From Antedon mediterranea (Eukaryota > Animalia > Echinodermata), in NCBI RefSeq assembly GCF_964355755.1, contig NC_092672.1, positions 34,292,437 to 34,356,436 on the forward strand: a DNA stretch of 64,000 bases, in the 5' to 3' direction. Both the position numbers and the translations under genes were made by a program. Shown here piece by piece: positions 48,801-61,765 of this stretch; the first letter of the stretch is position 1; each line of letters opens with the position of its first letter. Under the pieces are notes generated by a model. That model ran no database searches. It had not been told where the DNA came from and saw nothing but the letters and a program-made list of their open reading frames with translations.

Positions 48801-51800
48801 TAGACGAAAAGGATAAAACTTAACACGACACTGCGCTCCGATTATGAACATTAATATTAATAATTTAAACTTATATCAAAATAATATTTAGTTAAAACTA
48901 ATAATATTTATTACCATTCATTTATTTAAAGACACCTTCCCTATGTTTTTTAGATCTATTTTAAGATCACAAACTATATTTAATGTAAAAATAATAATAT
49001 GGTCCTATTGTGATAACTTTTTTCGTCTTTAAATGATTAAAAATGTGAAAAATAAGTTGATTCTAATAATTATAGCGGCCCGCTATAAATCCCAAAATGC
49101 ACTGCGCGCGGATTGATATTTCTGTTTTTCTTCTGCAATTCACCCACTTTTCGATCCATCGTGAGGCCAAAACAAATGAAAGACTCCTCACTTTTCAGCG
49201 AAAATACCGGGTTTTCCCCAATTTGTATTAACAGAGTCTGGCAAAAATAGAAAGACAATTAATGCAGCAACTATACAACGTCAGGCTATAGCTATTGTAC
49301 GATGTTCGTACGTTACCGATGTTTACCAGCTAGGCCTACAAAACTAAGCCTAGCTAGGCTAGGCCTAAAGACCGTCCACGAGAGGTCATTGCCGCGAGCT
49401 ACTTAGGTAGTGCATTGTTTCTCACTTTTTATCATAATTTACCATAAAACGTACATTTAAGACAAGGAATGACCTGGTTTAATATTTTTTAAGTAATATA
49501 TGTATTATTTTTACAAAACGTCACAAATTGTAGGGAAGGTGTCTTTAATTTTATAATCAATTGTGTTACGGTTAAAGGCCAAAACTCGAGTAGCGAAAGC
49601 TGATTTATTTTCGTCTTTTTTGTCACATTTGTTGATGAAGTTTCTATACTGTATATTATGTTGTGAGAGTGACAAATAAAGTATTTACATGTATCTTCTT
49701 TGAAATCAAGTTGCATAACTTTATAAGCGTTGACAGATTAAGAAACATAATTTTAGGATATATTATATTATTATGTTGTATAACCTGGAATTAAATTTTT
49801 AATTATTCCTCAATTAATATGTCATATGACATTTATGAATTTGTTTTTGTTGGTCAATGTACAATAAATTCAATTTGTAATTTCCTAATAATTTCCTGAA
49901 GAAAATGTTTCCAATTGACAACTAAAATTGATTAGCAATTTACTATAGAGGGAGCTATTTACTGTAAAGTAAAATCCTGAGAATAACAGTTTAACACAAA
50001 ACATGGAGGAAATATATTCCGATTATTATACTGCGTTTCCTTTATGCACAAACAAACTGCCAGACATTTATAAATATGTTTTACCATTGCTGCGTATGCC
50101 GTATGTTATTACCATTAAAATTAATCATAAATTAGAATTAATAAATTAATAAATTAGAATAAATTAGAATTAATCATAAATTAGAAATGTTAAGAAACAT
50201 ACTGTAAACATAATAAATAAGTCATCACCAGAATTTATAAATTTACCATAAATGTCGTCAACATCTGAAGTTAAAAAACAGGAGGTGGTGTTGTTAGGTC
50301 AACAGTGCCCTATTATCGAGAGGTAAGGAGTGCAGTGTGTGACATCACAGGCTGTATTGTGTGATGGCTATGTGAAAGGAATCCCCTTTCCATTGGCCGC
50401 AGATTGTAAAATGGTTTGTAAGCAAGTAAGTGTGTAAACCTTTTTGTTGTATTTTAATGCAGAAAACAAGAGCTGAGTTCCTGTCCATAAAGCAAAACTT
50501 GTTAGCGCAGAGACCTATATTAATAGTAAATGTAACATTACATTTAATCAATACCGTACCCTCACTAGAGTGTTTGCCAGATATTATAGCACTCGCACTA
50601 GGTTTAGTATCACCATCAACTTTGTTGTTTGAAATAACCCAGAGGTGTTATAGACGTTCAATATGAATCAGATGAACTCTCTCTACAACAGATACATAAA
50701 ACAGCTGCCAGTAAGGCCTAGCCTAGGCAGATTTCTAAATAGGAAAACATGCAAAAACGCACGGAACCATTATAGTGTAACTGTAGCCTCAAAAAAACGT
50801 TGGATAGTTTGTATTCAGGGAGCATTGAGTTATAATGCTATATTTAGAGACCTTCGGTGTACACTGTTCATTTATCAATGCTGAATCTATGTTGTGGCAT
50901 TCGTTTGTCACATCAAAAGAAACATTGGTATAAATTTGGTATGTAGTAAATTAAGATGATTTCTTAACCACTTCCATGTTACGTGAGGGAATGTGGCGCA
51001 GTGTGTTGGACATGTGATTACTGATCGTGAGATCATAGTTCAAATCCAACTCTCGCTGCATTGCTTATAACCATAGGCAAGAAACCTTACTTGCACTTGC
51101 CTCTCTCCACCTAGGTGTATAAATGGGTACCGGTTAGATCAAGACACAACTTTGCATTGATTACTAGCTGCATTTTTATGGGAGTATGTTTCGCTATATT
51201 CGCTATATAAAAATGAACTATTATTATAGTATTAATAATAATAATATTTATTCGGCATGTTATATCAAAGCACAATCTTGCCAGGAGCAAGCAATTATAG
51301 GAAGGCGTGAACAGAATTAACTCTTGCTTCAACGTTAACAATAATTTATATTAAACATATGAAATATATTTAATATCTTCCTGGCCCTTTATTATTTAAT
51401 TATTATCATTTTTGGAGAGTTTACAGTTTGTTCTTTACACCTTGTCCATCCATTGATGGGTTTTTCCATCTCTACAGTAACTTATTGGATTTGATCGTGT
51501 AATATTGTTAAACAGTCATAAACAAATAAGACAATTGTTTCCCGTTTCACAGTGGTACTACGTATGAAAGAAACCAATAAATTTTGATTAAATTTAATTA
51601 AACTACAGAAATGTATATCATTCAATATATTCCTGCTGGTCCTTTTTTATTATCATCTTAGGAGAGTTTACAATATGTTCTTTACACCTTGCCCGTCCAT
51701 GGATGAGTTTTTCCATCTCTAATTCATTGGTTTGATCATGTAATATATTTATAAAACAATTCATAAATAAACAAGATAATTCTTGTTTCCAGTACAGTAG

Positions 51801-54800
51801 GTACAAATGAAAGAAAGCCACTAAATGTTGATTAAATTTAATTAAACTATTTCTTAATCATTCTACAGTATTCCAATCATTCTAGTTTTTTATAAAAGAT
51901 ATAAAAGTATACCTTTATGGTTTTATTATTGATTCGTTTAATCCTAGATATATCTTTATTGTTCGACATTATGATAATTGTACAATATTATAATTTATAA
52001 AGTCCCTCAACAGACCAACAATATTAATGTTCATTTTACTGGGTGGTTATATAATACCTTTTTGAATATGCATTTTGACTATAAAGTCCCTAAATCAATA
52101 TGTGGTTGTTATAAGTAGTTTAAATATAATGGTACTAAACCTACTGTGCAGAACTGGAATAGATGAATGCACACAGCATTTACAGATAGTAGAAAAATGT
52201 TTCATATAAGTCTGTTATTATCCTGGAAATAAGTCTTTTTTTTTTAATTATTAACAAGAAAATGTACAAAATGAAAACTGGCAACGGTCCATATAAGGGT
52301 AGGATTATTCATATTGTATCGTTGGAACAGAAGGACAGCAACAACGGCTGTAAGTTATAGAGTTTGTTTAAAAACCGTGATGGTTAATGTTTATGTTGGC
52401 TCTTCAATACCGGTAATAACTAGAACTGTACTTGTTTTTCATCATTGGATAATAAGATGGTTGTGTATAGTGTTATAATTTGTACATTTCTATTTGGATT
52501 AGTTTTAATTGTCTTAACAATGTGGGTTCAAATAACAACAATACTTGGTTCTTTTAATAAATGTAAGTTTTTCTCATTCTTTAGGCACAATTTAGACATT
52601 GTACAGTATACCCACTATGAAGAGAGTCACAAATAGTATTACCTGTAGGCCTACACTTATTTTGTGAAGATTATACAATAAAATTAAATGATTTCTATAA
52701 CATGTTAAATGATTTAAGCTTTGAGAACATTTATGCTATATTTCATAAGTGGAAAATGATGATGTTACAGCAGTTTGCTGTTCTATATATGGTTCACCTG
52801 GACTCAGTCCCAAGCATATTGGTATTATGAATGTTTTATGAATACCTGTATACACATTGATGTGAAGATTATGTACAAAAATTGAATGATTTTTATAACA
52901 TGAATGTTAAATGGTTCAAACATGGACCAATAAATCAAATTTATAGGTCCTTGGTTTAAAGCTTCAATCACATTGACAAAGATTTTATGCGTTTTTTTTA
53001 TGAATGGAAAAGACAATGTTGTACCTACCTGTTGTTCTATCAGGCTCACCTGAATTCAATCCCAAACTCTGTCTAGACTGAGAGATTATCCCACAAAGAA
53101 CCAAGATGGTACTTGTTAATTAAATTAACAGGTCCCTGTTATAACTGAGGGCGTGTGGCGCACTGTGTTAGACGTTGGACTACTGATCGTGAGACCGAGG
53201 TTTCGAATCCAACTCTCGCCGCATTGCTTGTATCTGTAGGCAAGACTTACGTTTGCCTCTCTCCACCCAGGTGTATAAATGGGTACCCGGTTAGATCAAG
53301 ACACAACTTTGCGCTGATTACTAGCTGCATTATGGAAGTATGTTTCCATACGTGTTTGTTCCAAAAAATGACTGGGGTAATAATGTTCAGCACTCAGAGG
53401 TTTCATTACATTAGGCGCTATATAAATCCAGGCTATTATTATAACTGTTTATCAGTGCCAGTGTCTAGTATTATCAATGTATTTTATAATCCTATAGATA
53501 ATCAAGATATTTTATATCTTCTCTCTTAAGCTCTGTCCACAGTATCAAACTACTGTATTTTGACCAAAAATGTGATGTGCTCAAATATGGTAGTGATATA
53601 CCCAAATATGGTAGTGGTATCATCATGTACATATATGGGCACAACAAATTTTTGTTGTCACATAAAGTTTGATAGTATAAACAGAGCTTTAATCATTGAC
53701 CTATACAGATATCATTTAAAAAAATCCTAGTTACCTGGTCAATGGTATCATAGGACAAATTGATTAATTTCATTTTTTTTTTCAGATGACTCAAGTGAGG
53801 AGCTCCCACCGACTGAAACAGAGAAAACTGACATCCAGCATTCAATGCGTAGTTTTAGCAACAAACTTGAAGACTTGAACACTTGTAATGACCTGATCGT
53901 CAAGCATGGTGCTGCCCTCCAGAGGGCTCTAAGTGACCTTGAATCGGTGCACGATTCCACAGAGCTTCCAACCAAAATTAAAGCTATCACAGAACGTGCT
54001 ACTCTATTTAGAATCACCTCAAATGCTATGATAAATGTAAGTTTACAGATCTTATATATTGTTTGATGGTTTGCATGGCGAATTAAAATGTTGATATAAA
54101 GTTTGCGGTATACAGTACCATGTACAGTATAATGAGAAACTCAGCAGTTCTTTTCAGAACTATATATACAGTAGGTGGTGTACCGCAAACTTTAGGAAGT
54201 CAGCCAATAACCACCAGAACAACACCCACCATTATGGACTGTACCATTGTTAGAGTGTGGGGTGTATGACAATGTTAGGTGTTTCTTTCCTTTCCCACCT
54301 TCTCCCCTCCTTTCCCACCTACCTTTCCTATGTTCTCCAATCTCCTCCTTTCCCATCTTCCCTCCCCTCTTTTCCTACCTTCTCACCTCCCCTCATTTCC
54401 CACCTTCTTCCTATCCCCTCCTCTTTCTACCTCTACCTAACCACTGATAGGGTTGTAATGTTCGTGAACAAACCATAAAGTTTTCTTAATAATTGAAAAG
54501 CTTATAGGAAAGCTATTGTCCTTGTTTCATAAAAAAAAATGTACTAAATGTTAATGTGGACATTTTTTTTTAAACACGGAATTTGATATATTGTTGACAA
54601 TGAATTGCTATAGAGTCGTAGGAAATGGAACAAAGAAACAAAGGCTGGGTCTACCTTCAACTTAATTGTTAATAGTTGTATTGAGTAACCTAATTAGCAT
54701 ATCTCTAATTGAAATAAAAGAGGTATTGTATTATGTAATAATATGGGAAAACATGAGCTTTTTTTTGAAAGAATGACTGTAGATTAATTGTGAGTGTAAA

Positions 54801-57800
54801 ATAGCTAGGAAAAAATGGTAAGTGTTTCATAATATTGTAGTGTTTTTTATTCTAAAGAATGAGAGATTTTTTGTTTTGTTGAGAAAACAAGGAACTTATT
54901 ACTGATTTTATTTCCATTTTCAAGCATGTACAGTATTCTCCATTGGGCATATATAGTACTTCATAATACTAGTGTTTATTAAGGAAGGCTTGGCCGGTGA
55001 AAGTATAAGGAAGTTCGCTTAAGCTCTGTCTATTTTCAAACTTTATGTTATATAAAACAAATGTGATGTGCCTATATATGGACATGATGCTGTCATATCA
55101 CTACCATATTTGGGCACATCACCCTTTTTTTGTCAAACTTATTTGATAGGAATTTAATAGTGTAAACAGAGCTTTAGGAAATATCTTGTATCACAATTGA
55201 TTCCTTCTGTTTTTCAATACATTTATTTATTTTTATCAAAATAAATGTTATGCTGTGTATTATGTTGATAGCAAAAGATTAAAGATTAATTTAGAATGAC
55301 ATACAGTAGTCTTCATTATCATGATCAGGAACAAGAATAGGAACAATGGCGCCCTCTATAGCAACACTGTAAATCACAATGACTTTAGCTCCGTTGCTTT
55401 ATTGTTGAATTGTGAGAGAAATGTCTAATTAATGGCACAGTACAGATGAGTAAACGTAAATTAACATTGGATTTATGTAATTAAATGAAGGCTTTTTTTC
55501 TGTTAAGAAAACCTACAGTACATCATTCAAATTATGCACAAGAATTACAATGTTAAACCTATCTCCCTGATACACTTTGCAATGGGACAGTTTATAATAT
55601 AATAGTTGATAATTTCACAGTACAAAACTAATAGTAATAGGTGTTGTGGGCTTTAAACATCTACTCTACAGTACCTGTGCGGTCTTGTGTGAAAAAGTTA
55701 CCCCACCTCCCATCATCAGTGGTTGTAAAGGTCTGTAATAATACTTATGAACATGACATGATAAAATGAATAAATTTATACTTATAGCTAAATATAGCCC
55801 AGTGGCCTAGATGTCCAAGTTACGACAATTCCTGCTGCTGATTGCGTTTCCATTGATGAGTTTAAATTTAATCAGACAGTCTGCCTACTATATTAAGTGA
55901 AATCGTGGAGTATACTGTATGCGCCACTATATAAGGATGATAATTGACTTTAAGATTCAACCAATGATTATTATTAGGCTAAGGATAATTATCATGATAA
56001 GACATCTCTTAAAAAACAATAATTTGCATATTTACAAGAATATGCATGTTAAGAAATAATGTGTGCCAAGCTAAAATGTCGTCCTATATTTAAGATCTAG
56101 TAATAGCTTTCAAACAATACCGCAATATACACTAACACAGTATATTTTAAATTAATTTTTTCCACTTCTAATGGTTGACCTGTATTGCAGTATGTATCCA
56201 GTTCAAATTTACTCGCTCTATATTTGGATTAAAGTTGAATTTACAAGATGCCAACTTTTATTTTAACAGAAATTCAGAAGGTTAAAATAAAATGGATAAT
56301 TCTATAATGTCTGTAGCATCAAGATAGAATATTTATGTAGTAAATTAATAAATTGAACAAATGTTGTCACGATCTTTTTCTTAAGTACTTATACTCATTT
56401 GGCATAATCAATCGGGACGTTGAGCTAGTTTTTTTAAGATCAGTTAACATATTTTAAGCATCCAGAACAAACAAACCTGCATTATGTAATGTTAATTTAC
56501 GTTTTATTATTCGAATAAAAAAGTACTTAACAGATTTTCAGTTGAGCACAAAGGTTTCCGAATTGAATACCCCAAAAATATTAATTGAATATCGGTTTGA
56601 AACAACCAGATGCTAGTAGTTTCAAAAGAGAACTAAAGCCCTGTCTACACTATCAAACTAGTTTGACAAAGTGTGATGTGCACAAATATGGTAGTGATAT
56701 TCCCAAATATGATAGTGATATGACATCATCATGCCCATATACTATATGGGCATATCATATTTTGTTGTCACATAATGTTTGATAGTGTAGACAGAGCTTA
56801 AGAAATTCAGCCAAATCAATTTTTGTAAAATTAATGAATGAATAGAGAAATACATTTTAGAATACATATCTTATCAATGGAGGATAATTTAAACTCTGTC
56901 TACACTATCAAACTATGTGACAACAAAATGTGAGGTGCCCATATATGGACATGATGATGTACAGTAAACCACTACCATATTTAAGCATATCACTACCATA
57001 TTTGGGCACACACACTTTTTTGTGTCAAACTAGTTTAATAGTCTAGACAGCTTTAGTGAACTATCCATTCAAATTATCATCATATAAAATTAATATTTAC
57101 TAAATGTAAGAAAGTCTTGAAGCTAAGCAGGTTAATTTTCAGTCACTAGTTTTTCTTCACACAGTTGAATGTTTTCTTAGTTTAGAGTTGTGCCACAAGG
57201 TTCATCATCCGGATGCAATTTGCTTTTATTATTTCTATTGATGATATTGATTTCTCGCAATAAGTATGATGATGATGATGCGGTTGGGCTCCAAATTCCG
57301 CGCATGTCTTAATGTACTTTAAAGCAAAAGCTAAGTGCCTGGAAAAACAGATTATTAAACAATACTGAGATTAATATAAGTTTCACTTCTTATACTGTTC
57401 ACCTGGAATACAGTATTCTGTATATTAAGCTTTGTCTACACTATCAAACTTTATGTGTCAAAAAAATGTGATGTGCCCATATATGGACATGATGATGTTA
57501 TATCACTACCATATTTAAGCATAGCACTACCATATATAGGCACATCAAACTATTGTAGTAGTATTTTTTTCCCCTTTCAAATGAAATACAGTACTGTAGA
57601 ACTCATTAAGAGTATACAGTATTTATGAGTGGAGCTGTGGCTTGGTGGCTATGATGCTTGGCTACCAATCCAATCCTGGGTTCAAGTCCTGTCATATGTC
57701 AGGGTTTTTTTCTCATGACAATTTACAACTCCACTCCCAAAGACTTAATAATAAGTCTTTGTTTATGTAGAGCATCTTGTGTATAGTTTGTCTTGTGAAA

Positions 57801-59203
57801 TTATTAAATAGTTTATCCATCCTGTAATTGGCGGGTTACTCGCTGTTGAATGAGAATAAAATAAAATAAAATAAAATTTGAAAAAATAAAATTATGTTCA
57901 GGGAAGACATCTATTAAGGGCACTCTTAATAGTGTCCTCTTAGTAGGACAGTACTGTATACTATATTATATTAACCTGACATACTCTGTACAGTACTAGT
58001 AGTACTATAGTACTTTTTTTCCCTTTCAAATAAAATACAGTAAAACTTCTATTAAGGGGACATGTTTGGGACCCGACATAGTGTCAATTTAATAAGTGTT
58101 TTCCCTGAACTGTTTGCTGTATATATATCAACCTGACACACACTAAGGTTGTCTCCTTAATAGGGATTCAGCTGTAGTTTTAAATCATATATTTCCTCTC
58201 GTTCATTACACAGGAAAATGTCCCATAAAAACTGTCCCAATGGATGGGTTTTACTGTATAAGAAATACAGGTTACTACTCCCAATAAAGTGAGAAACATT
58301 TTAAGAATTTCATGTTTCAATCTATTTTTCTACTTTAGTGTATTAGAGGATGTGAAAATGATACTGAAAAGTGATATTGAACCATTGTAATTTCTCAAAG
58401 ATCATTCTGGAAAATTGATAAACTACCGAGATATTCAACAAAAAAATATTAATTAAATATTTATAGACATACGCCTACGGTATTTAGTAAAGATAAAAGA
58501 TACAAGAAAAAATATTAATAAGTTAACCGGAACATCGATTCTTAAAAGTTTAATTGACGGTGAATTCATAAAGCCATAAACTCATTAGTATGCATAATTT
58601 TCTAACTGCAAAGATACAGTCTCTAAAAGCCCTAGTTATTGACGTAAAAACCCCTTCTTCAAAATAATCAATTAGTGAATGAAATTTGAAGACTATCCAA
58701 ATGCACGAACTTTGACCCAAGTGTATTGATATATGCCCTCTAGAGGTAAGGAAACGAGAAATCCTTGTAAGTAATCAGGCAGTGAATATTGATTGGTTGG
58801 TTTATTTGTGTTCACATGATTCGTCTCTGATAGGTTCATTATAGATTTGTTCACACAGCTCAACCAAGTCTTCAATCCAATACATTCCTTTCATATCACA
58901 ATGTGTTTATCTTAACTTTAATTTCCATGGAATTTTAACTTTTTATCAGTGCTCAATTTTTTTTACTAATTTTAGAAGATCGTATAACATTTGATTGGAT
59001 TTTTTTCTTTTGTCATCATCAGGCGTGTAATGATTATTTGGAACTAGCGCAAACTCAAACGAAGAAGTGGCAAAGAACTTTAGTGTCGGAACGTGATCAA
59101 CGTATACGCTTAGAGGAAACGCTAGAGCTACTCGCCAAACAACACAACTCGTTAGAACGAGCCTGCCGTAGCGATCGAGGACCAGATAGCCTTGGCACAC
59201 AAG
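45848..59203 (+). CDS. OSBP: Oxysterol-binding protein (OSBP/OSBP2 subfamily), 5' part: PH domain and coiled coil; continues beyond the window
   Basis: Exons 45848-45975, 48406-48614, 53786-54036, 59023-59203. [44 protein letters not shown]...ERQKWVTALELAKAKA, KHGAALQRAL, ERATLFRITSNAMINAC, LEETLELLAKQHNSLERA. FFAT motif and lipid-binding domain not found in window. Confidence 0.93.
47441..47666 (+). mobile_element. SINE remnant with Deu/Nin-like central domain
   Basis: GTCTTCTCTGATAAGGACTATAAACCGTAGGTCC...GAGTAGGAAGTTACCCGGTG; homologous segments at 36083-36300 and 36835-36905. Confidence 0.6.
47824..47865 (+). ncRNA. Minimal type I hammerhead ribozyme motif (Penelope-like element type)
   Basis: TTGCA-CTGATGA-A-GGGC-TAGTGTT-GCTC-GAAA-GCTC-TGCTAA: core CUGAUGA and GAAA, stem II GGGC/GCUC, palindromic AGCU instead of stem III, stem I GCA/UGC; predicted cleavage after C47859. 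Confidence 0.75.
47824..47998 (+). mobile_element. Same repeat family, copy 3: monomeric, intact hammerhead
   Basis: One copy of the 48-bp unit between the same left and right flanks as copy 1. Confidence 0.8.
48930..49544. mobile_element. Non-autonomous Kolobok-like DNA transposon family B, copy 2
   Basis: TTAA-AGACACCTTCCCTA...TAGGGAAGGTGTCT-TTAA in an OSBP intron. Confidence 0.85.
51370..51849. repeat. Diverged tandem duplication of about 240 bp (a similar pair at 52660-53065)
   Basis: Both halves share GGAGAGTTTACA..GTTCTTTACACCTTG..TTTTTCCATCTCTA..GATTAAATTTAATTAAACTA. Confidence 0.8.
53146..53441 (+). mobile_element. tRNA-derived SINE family 2 (CORE-like centre, L2-like tail)
   Basis: Head GAGGGCGTGTGGCGCA...GTTTCGAATCC, centre GCCTCTCTCCACCCAGGTGTATAAATGGGTACC, tail GCGCTATATAAAT..(TAT)n; truncated copy at 50984-51195. 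Confidence 0.75.
56637..56798. mobile_element. PIF/Harbinger-like MITE (about 150-190 bp), representative of about 27 copies
   Basis: TIR AGCTCTGTCTACACTATCAAACT, TAA duplication here (TTA at the 53529 copy). Other copies start near 21, 963, 2146, 12155, 16118, 18870, 19729, 26688, 28063, 31100, 32338, 33005, 33460, 36623, 38045, 45328, 45640, 46469, 53529, 55021, 56892, 57427, 59515, 59868, 62307, 62574. Confidence 0.9.
57627..57876 (+). mobile_element. tRNA-derived SINE family 1, copy 2
   Basis: Same head and tail, (TAAAA)n end. Confidence 0.8.
58038..58174. mobile_element. Tc1/mariner (pogo/Tigger-like) MITE
   Basis: TA-CAGTAAAACTTCTATTAAGGGGAC...GTCTCCTTAATAGGGATTCAGCTG-TA; related decayed copies near 5090-5152, 57900-57958, 63607-63728. 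Confidence 0.6.
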
Positions 59204-61487
59204 GTAGGATTTTAATTATTCTTATTTCCAGCACATTTACTACTACTTGTCACAGGAAACCAGACTAATTCTTGTATGAGAGGAGAAGTGCCCCCCTCCA
59301 CCTCCACCTCTTCCAAGTTGAACTTATTCTAATATAAGGGGAGTAATGCCTCCTCCTTTCCCAAGTTAAAATAATTTGTGTATGAGGGGAGTACAGTAGT
59401 GCCCCAGGAAACAAAGAGAAACATAAAAAATATTAAGCTCTGAATAACCGCTTGAAAAGAAAAACCCACACCTCTGCAAGAGGAACGAATTCTTTGTAAA
59501 TACTTCATTCTTTAAAGCTCTGCTTACACTATCAAACTAGTTTGACAAAAAAGTGTAATGTGCCCAAATACTGAATGGTGGTAGTGATATGAACAAATAT
59601 GTTAGTGAAATGCACTAATATGATAGTGATATGACATCAAATAAGAGCAAATTTATCACATTTTTTTGTCACATAAAGTTTGATAGTGTAGACAGAGCTT
59701 TACAATAAATAACGATGCCAAGGATAACTCATAAAAGTCATCAATGGACCTTTTTCCAAATGGGTCCTCTTTTTATAAACACAGTATGTATATTTTTATC
59801 TGAAATATGTCAAAGCTGATGTCCAAAAGGTAAATGAAATGTTCATAGCACAATAGCAATTACAGTAAAGCTCTGTTTACACTATCAAACTTTATGTGAC
59901 AAAAAAAATGTGATGTGCCCATATATGGACATGATGATATCACATCACTACCATATTTGGGCATATATTACTATACTACCATATTTGAGCACATTACACG
60001 TTTTTTATCAAACTAGTTTGATAGTGTAGACAGAGCTGAAGAAAGACGCAAAGCGTGTTGACCCTGTGCAGCAAAGTATGAAATTCCTTTTACCAAGGTC
60101 GCTTTAAAATGTGTTCGCTGACGTCATACGGTCTTCTACTAAACGTGATTAAATGATCGTACTGCTGATTGATATGTACAAAATACATTAACATAAACAC
60201 ATGTTATTTATTTTAAGAATATTTAACAGCCAAACATTTCAATTCTTCATAACTGTTACAAACAAACAAAATCTTTGTATGTTGAAGTTTGTAAATAAAA
60301 ATATAGATACTTTACTTTATCTTTTGTCTGTAATATAATAAGTTTAGGCTCTCATTCATAATAGTATTTTAAATTAATATGGTAAAAAAACAAATTCCAG
60401 TTCCTAAAAGTATTACACAAATCAAAATTTAAAAAATTTTAAATGACAGTCTCGTGTCCCAAAATATGTCCACATTCCCAACATTAGTGTCCTATTCATT
60501 ATGTTACAAACAAGTTTACTAAATGTATTTACCTTAAAGTTTACATACATTTATTTTGGTAATTTTATGTTTACATTCAAATACATAACTTGACTAAAAT
60601 ACAGTATCACTATCATCATATACAGGGAATAATTTCGCCAGTGTAGCATAGCAAAAAGCTATACAAAACAACCTTCTTGCTACACATTTCTACAATTGTG
60701 TAGCAAAAAATACTATAGAAAACTATGTTTCTCGACTCTCGACATCAGTTTTATTAGCAATATTGCTAAACGAAATTTTAAGATGAAATTTTTCCCTGAT
60801 ATATGTAATTTCAAAATGTTTTTCATAGTACTCAACTGTATATCTATAACTCTTTGTTTGATACAACACTTTTTAGTAGATAAATAACTAAATGACAGTG
60901 TAACTGTAAAAGAGTATGTTGTTATTGGAACTTTATCGTTTTCTTTTATAACATGTAAAATTATTAAGTAAATTTATGTGTTGCGCATTTGTACAGTGTG
61001 ACCGTTACACACTACTAACCACATAGAATGTCTCATGAGTTTTCAATAAAGCTGGCATGCAAAACAAAACATGATGCTAATTTAAGACCGTTGTGGACTT
61101 CACGATATCAAAGATACAGAACTCTATTTTAATTTGAGTGTATGTAGTCGACTGGGTGAGATAAAAATAAGGCTTGCGTGGAGGAATACACACATGCTAA
61201 TTTAAGATATCATAAATACAAAAAACGACTCTTTTTCAAATAAATGTATAGTATGTAGTTGACTGAGTGAGATCTAACTAAGGCTTGTGTGCAGAAAAAA
61301 ACATGCTAACTTGAGACCGTATTATCATGGAATTTATTTTTCTGTGGTACTCTATGTACAGGTAGTCCTTACTGGTCAACTTGTACTGGTGGTCAATTGG
61401 TACTGGTCGGGAAGCTTGCATGAGAATGAAAAGGACAATCAATTCTTCCACTTGGTTTTGAGTTATTTTTAACTATCACTCTTTTCA

Positions 61488-61765
61488 ACCTTCTTCCTAG
61501 TGCTGTTTCATCTCTTCTTCCTACTGCTGTTTCATCTCTTCTTCCTACTGCTGTTTCATCTCTTCTTCCTACTGCTGTTTCATCTCTTCTTCCTACTGCT
61601 GTTTCACTCTTCCTAGTTCTGTTACAGTACATCTCTTCTTCTTAGTGCTGTTTCATCTCTTCTTTCGAGTGCTGTTTTATCTCTTCTTCCTAGTTCTGTT
61701 ATAGTACATCTCTTCTTCTTAGTGCTGTTTCATCTCTTCTTCCTAGTGCTGTTTCATCTCTTCAT
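61488..61765. repeat. 24-bp degenerate minisatellite
   Basis: Unit ACTGCTGTTTCATCTCTTCTTCCT. Confidence 0.85.
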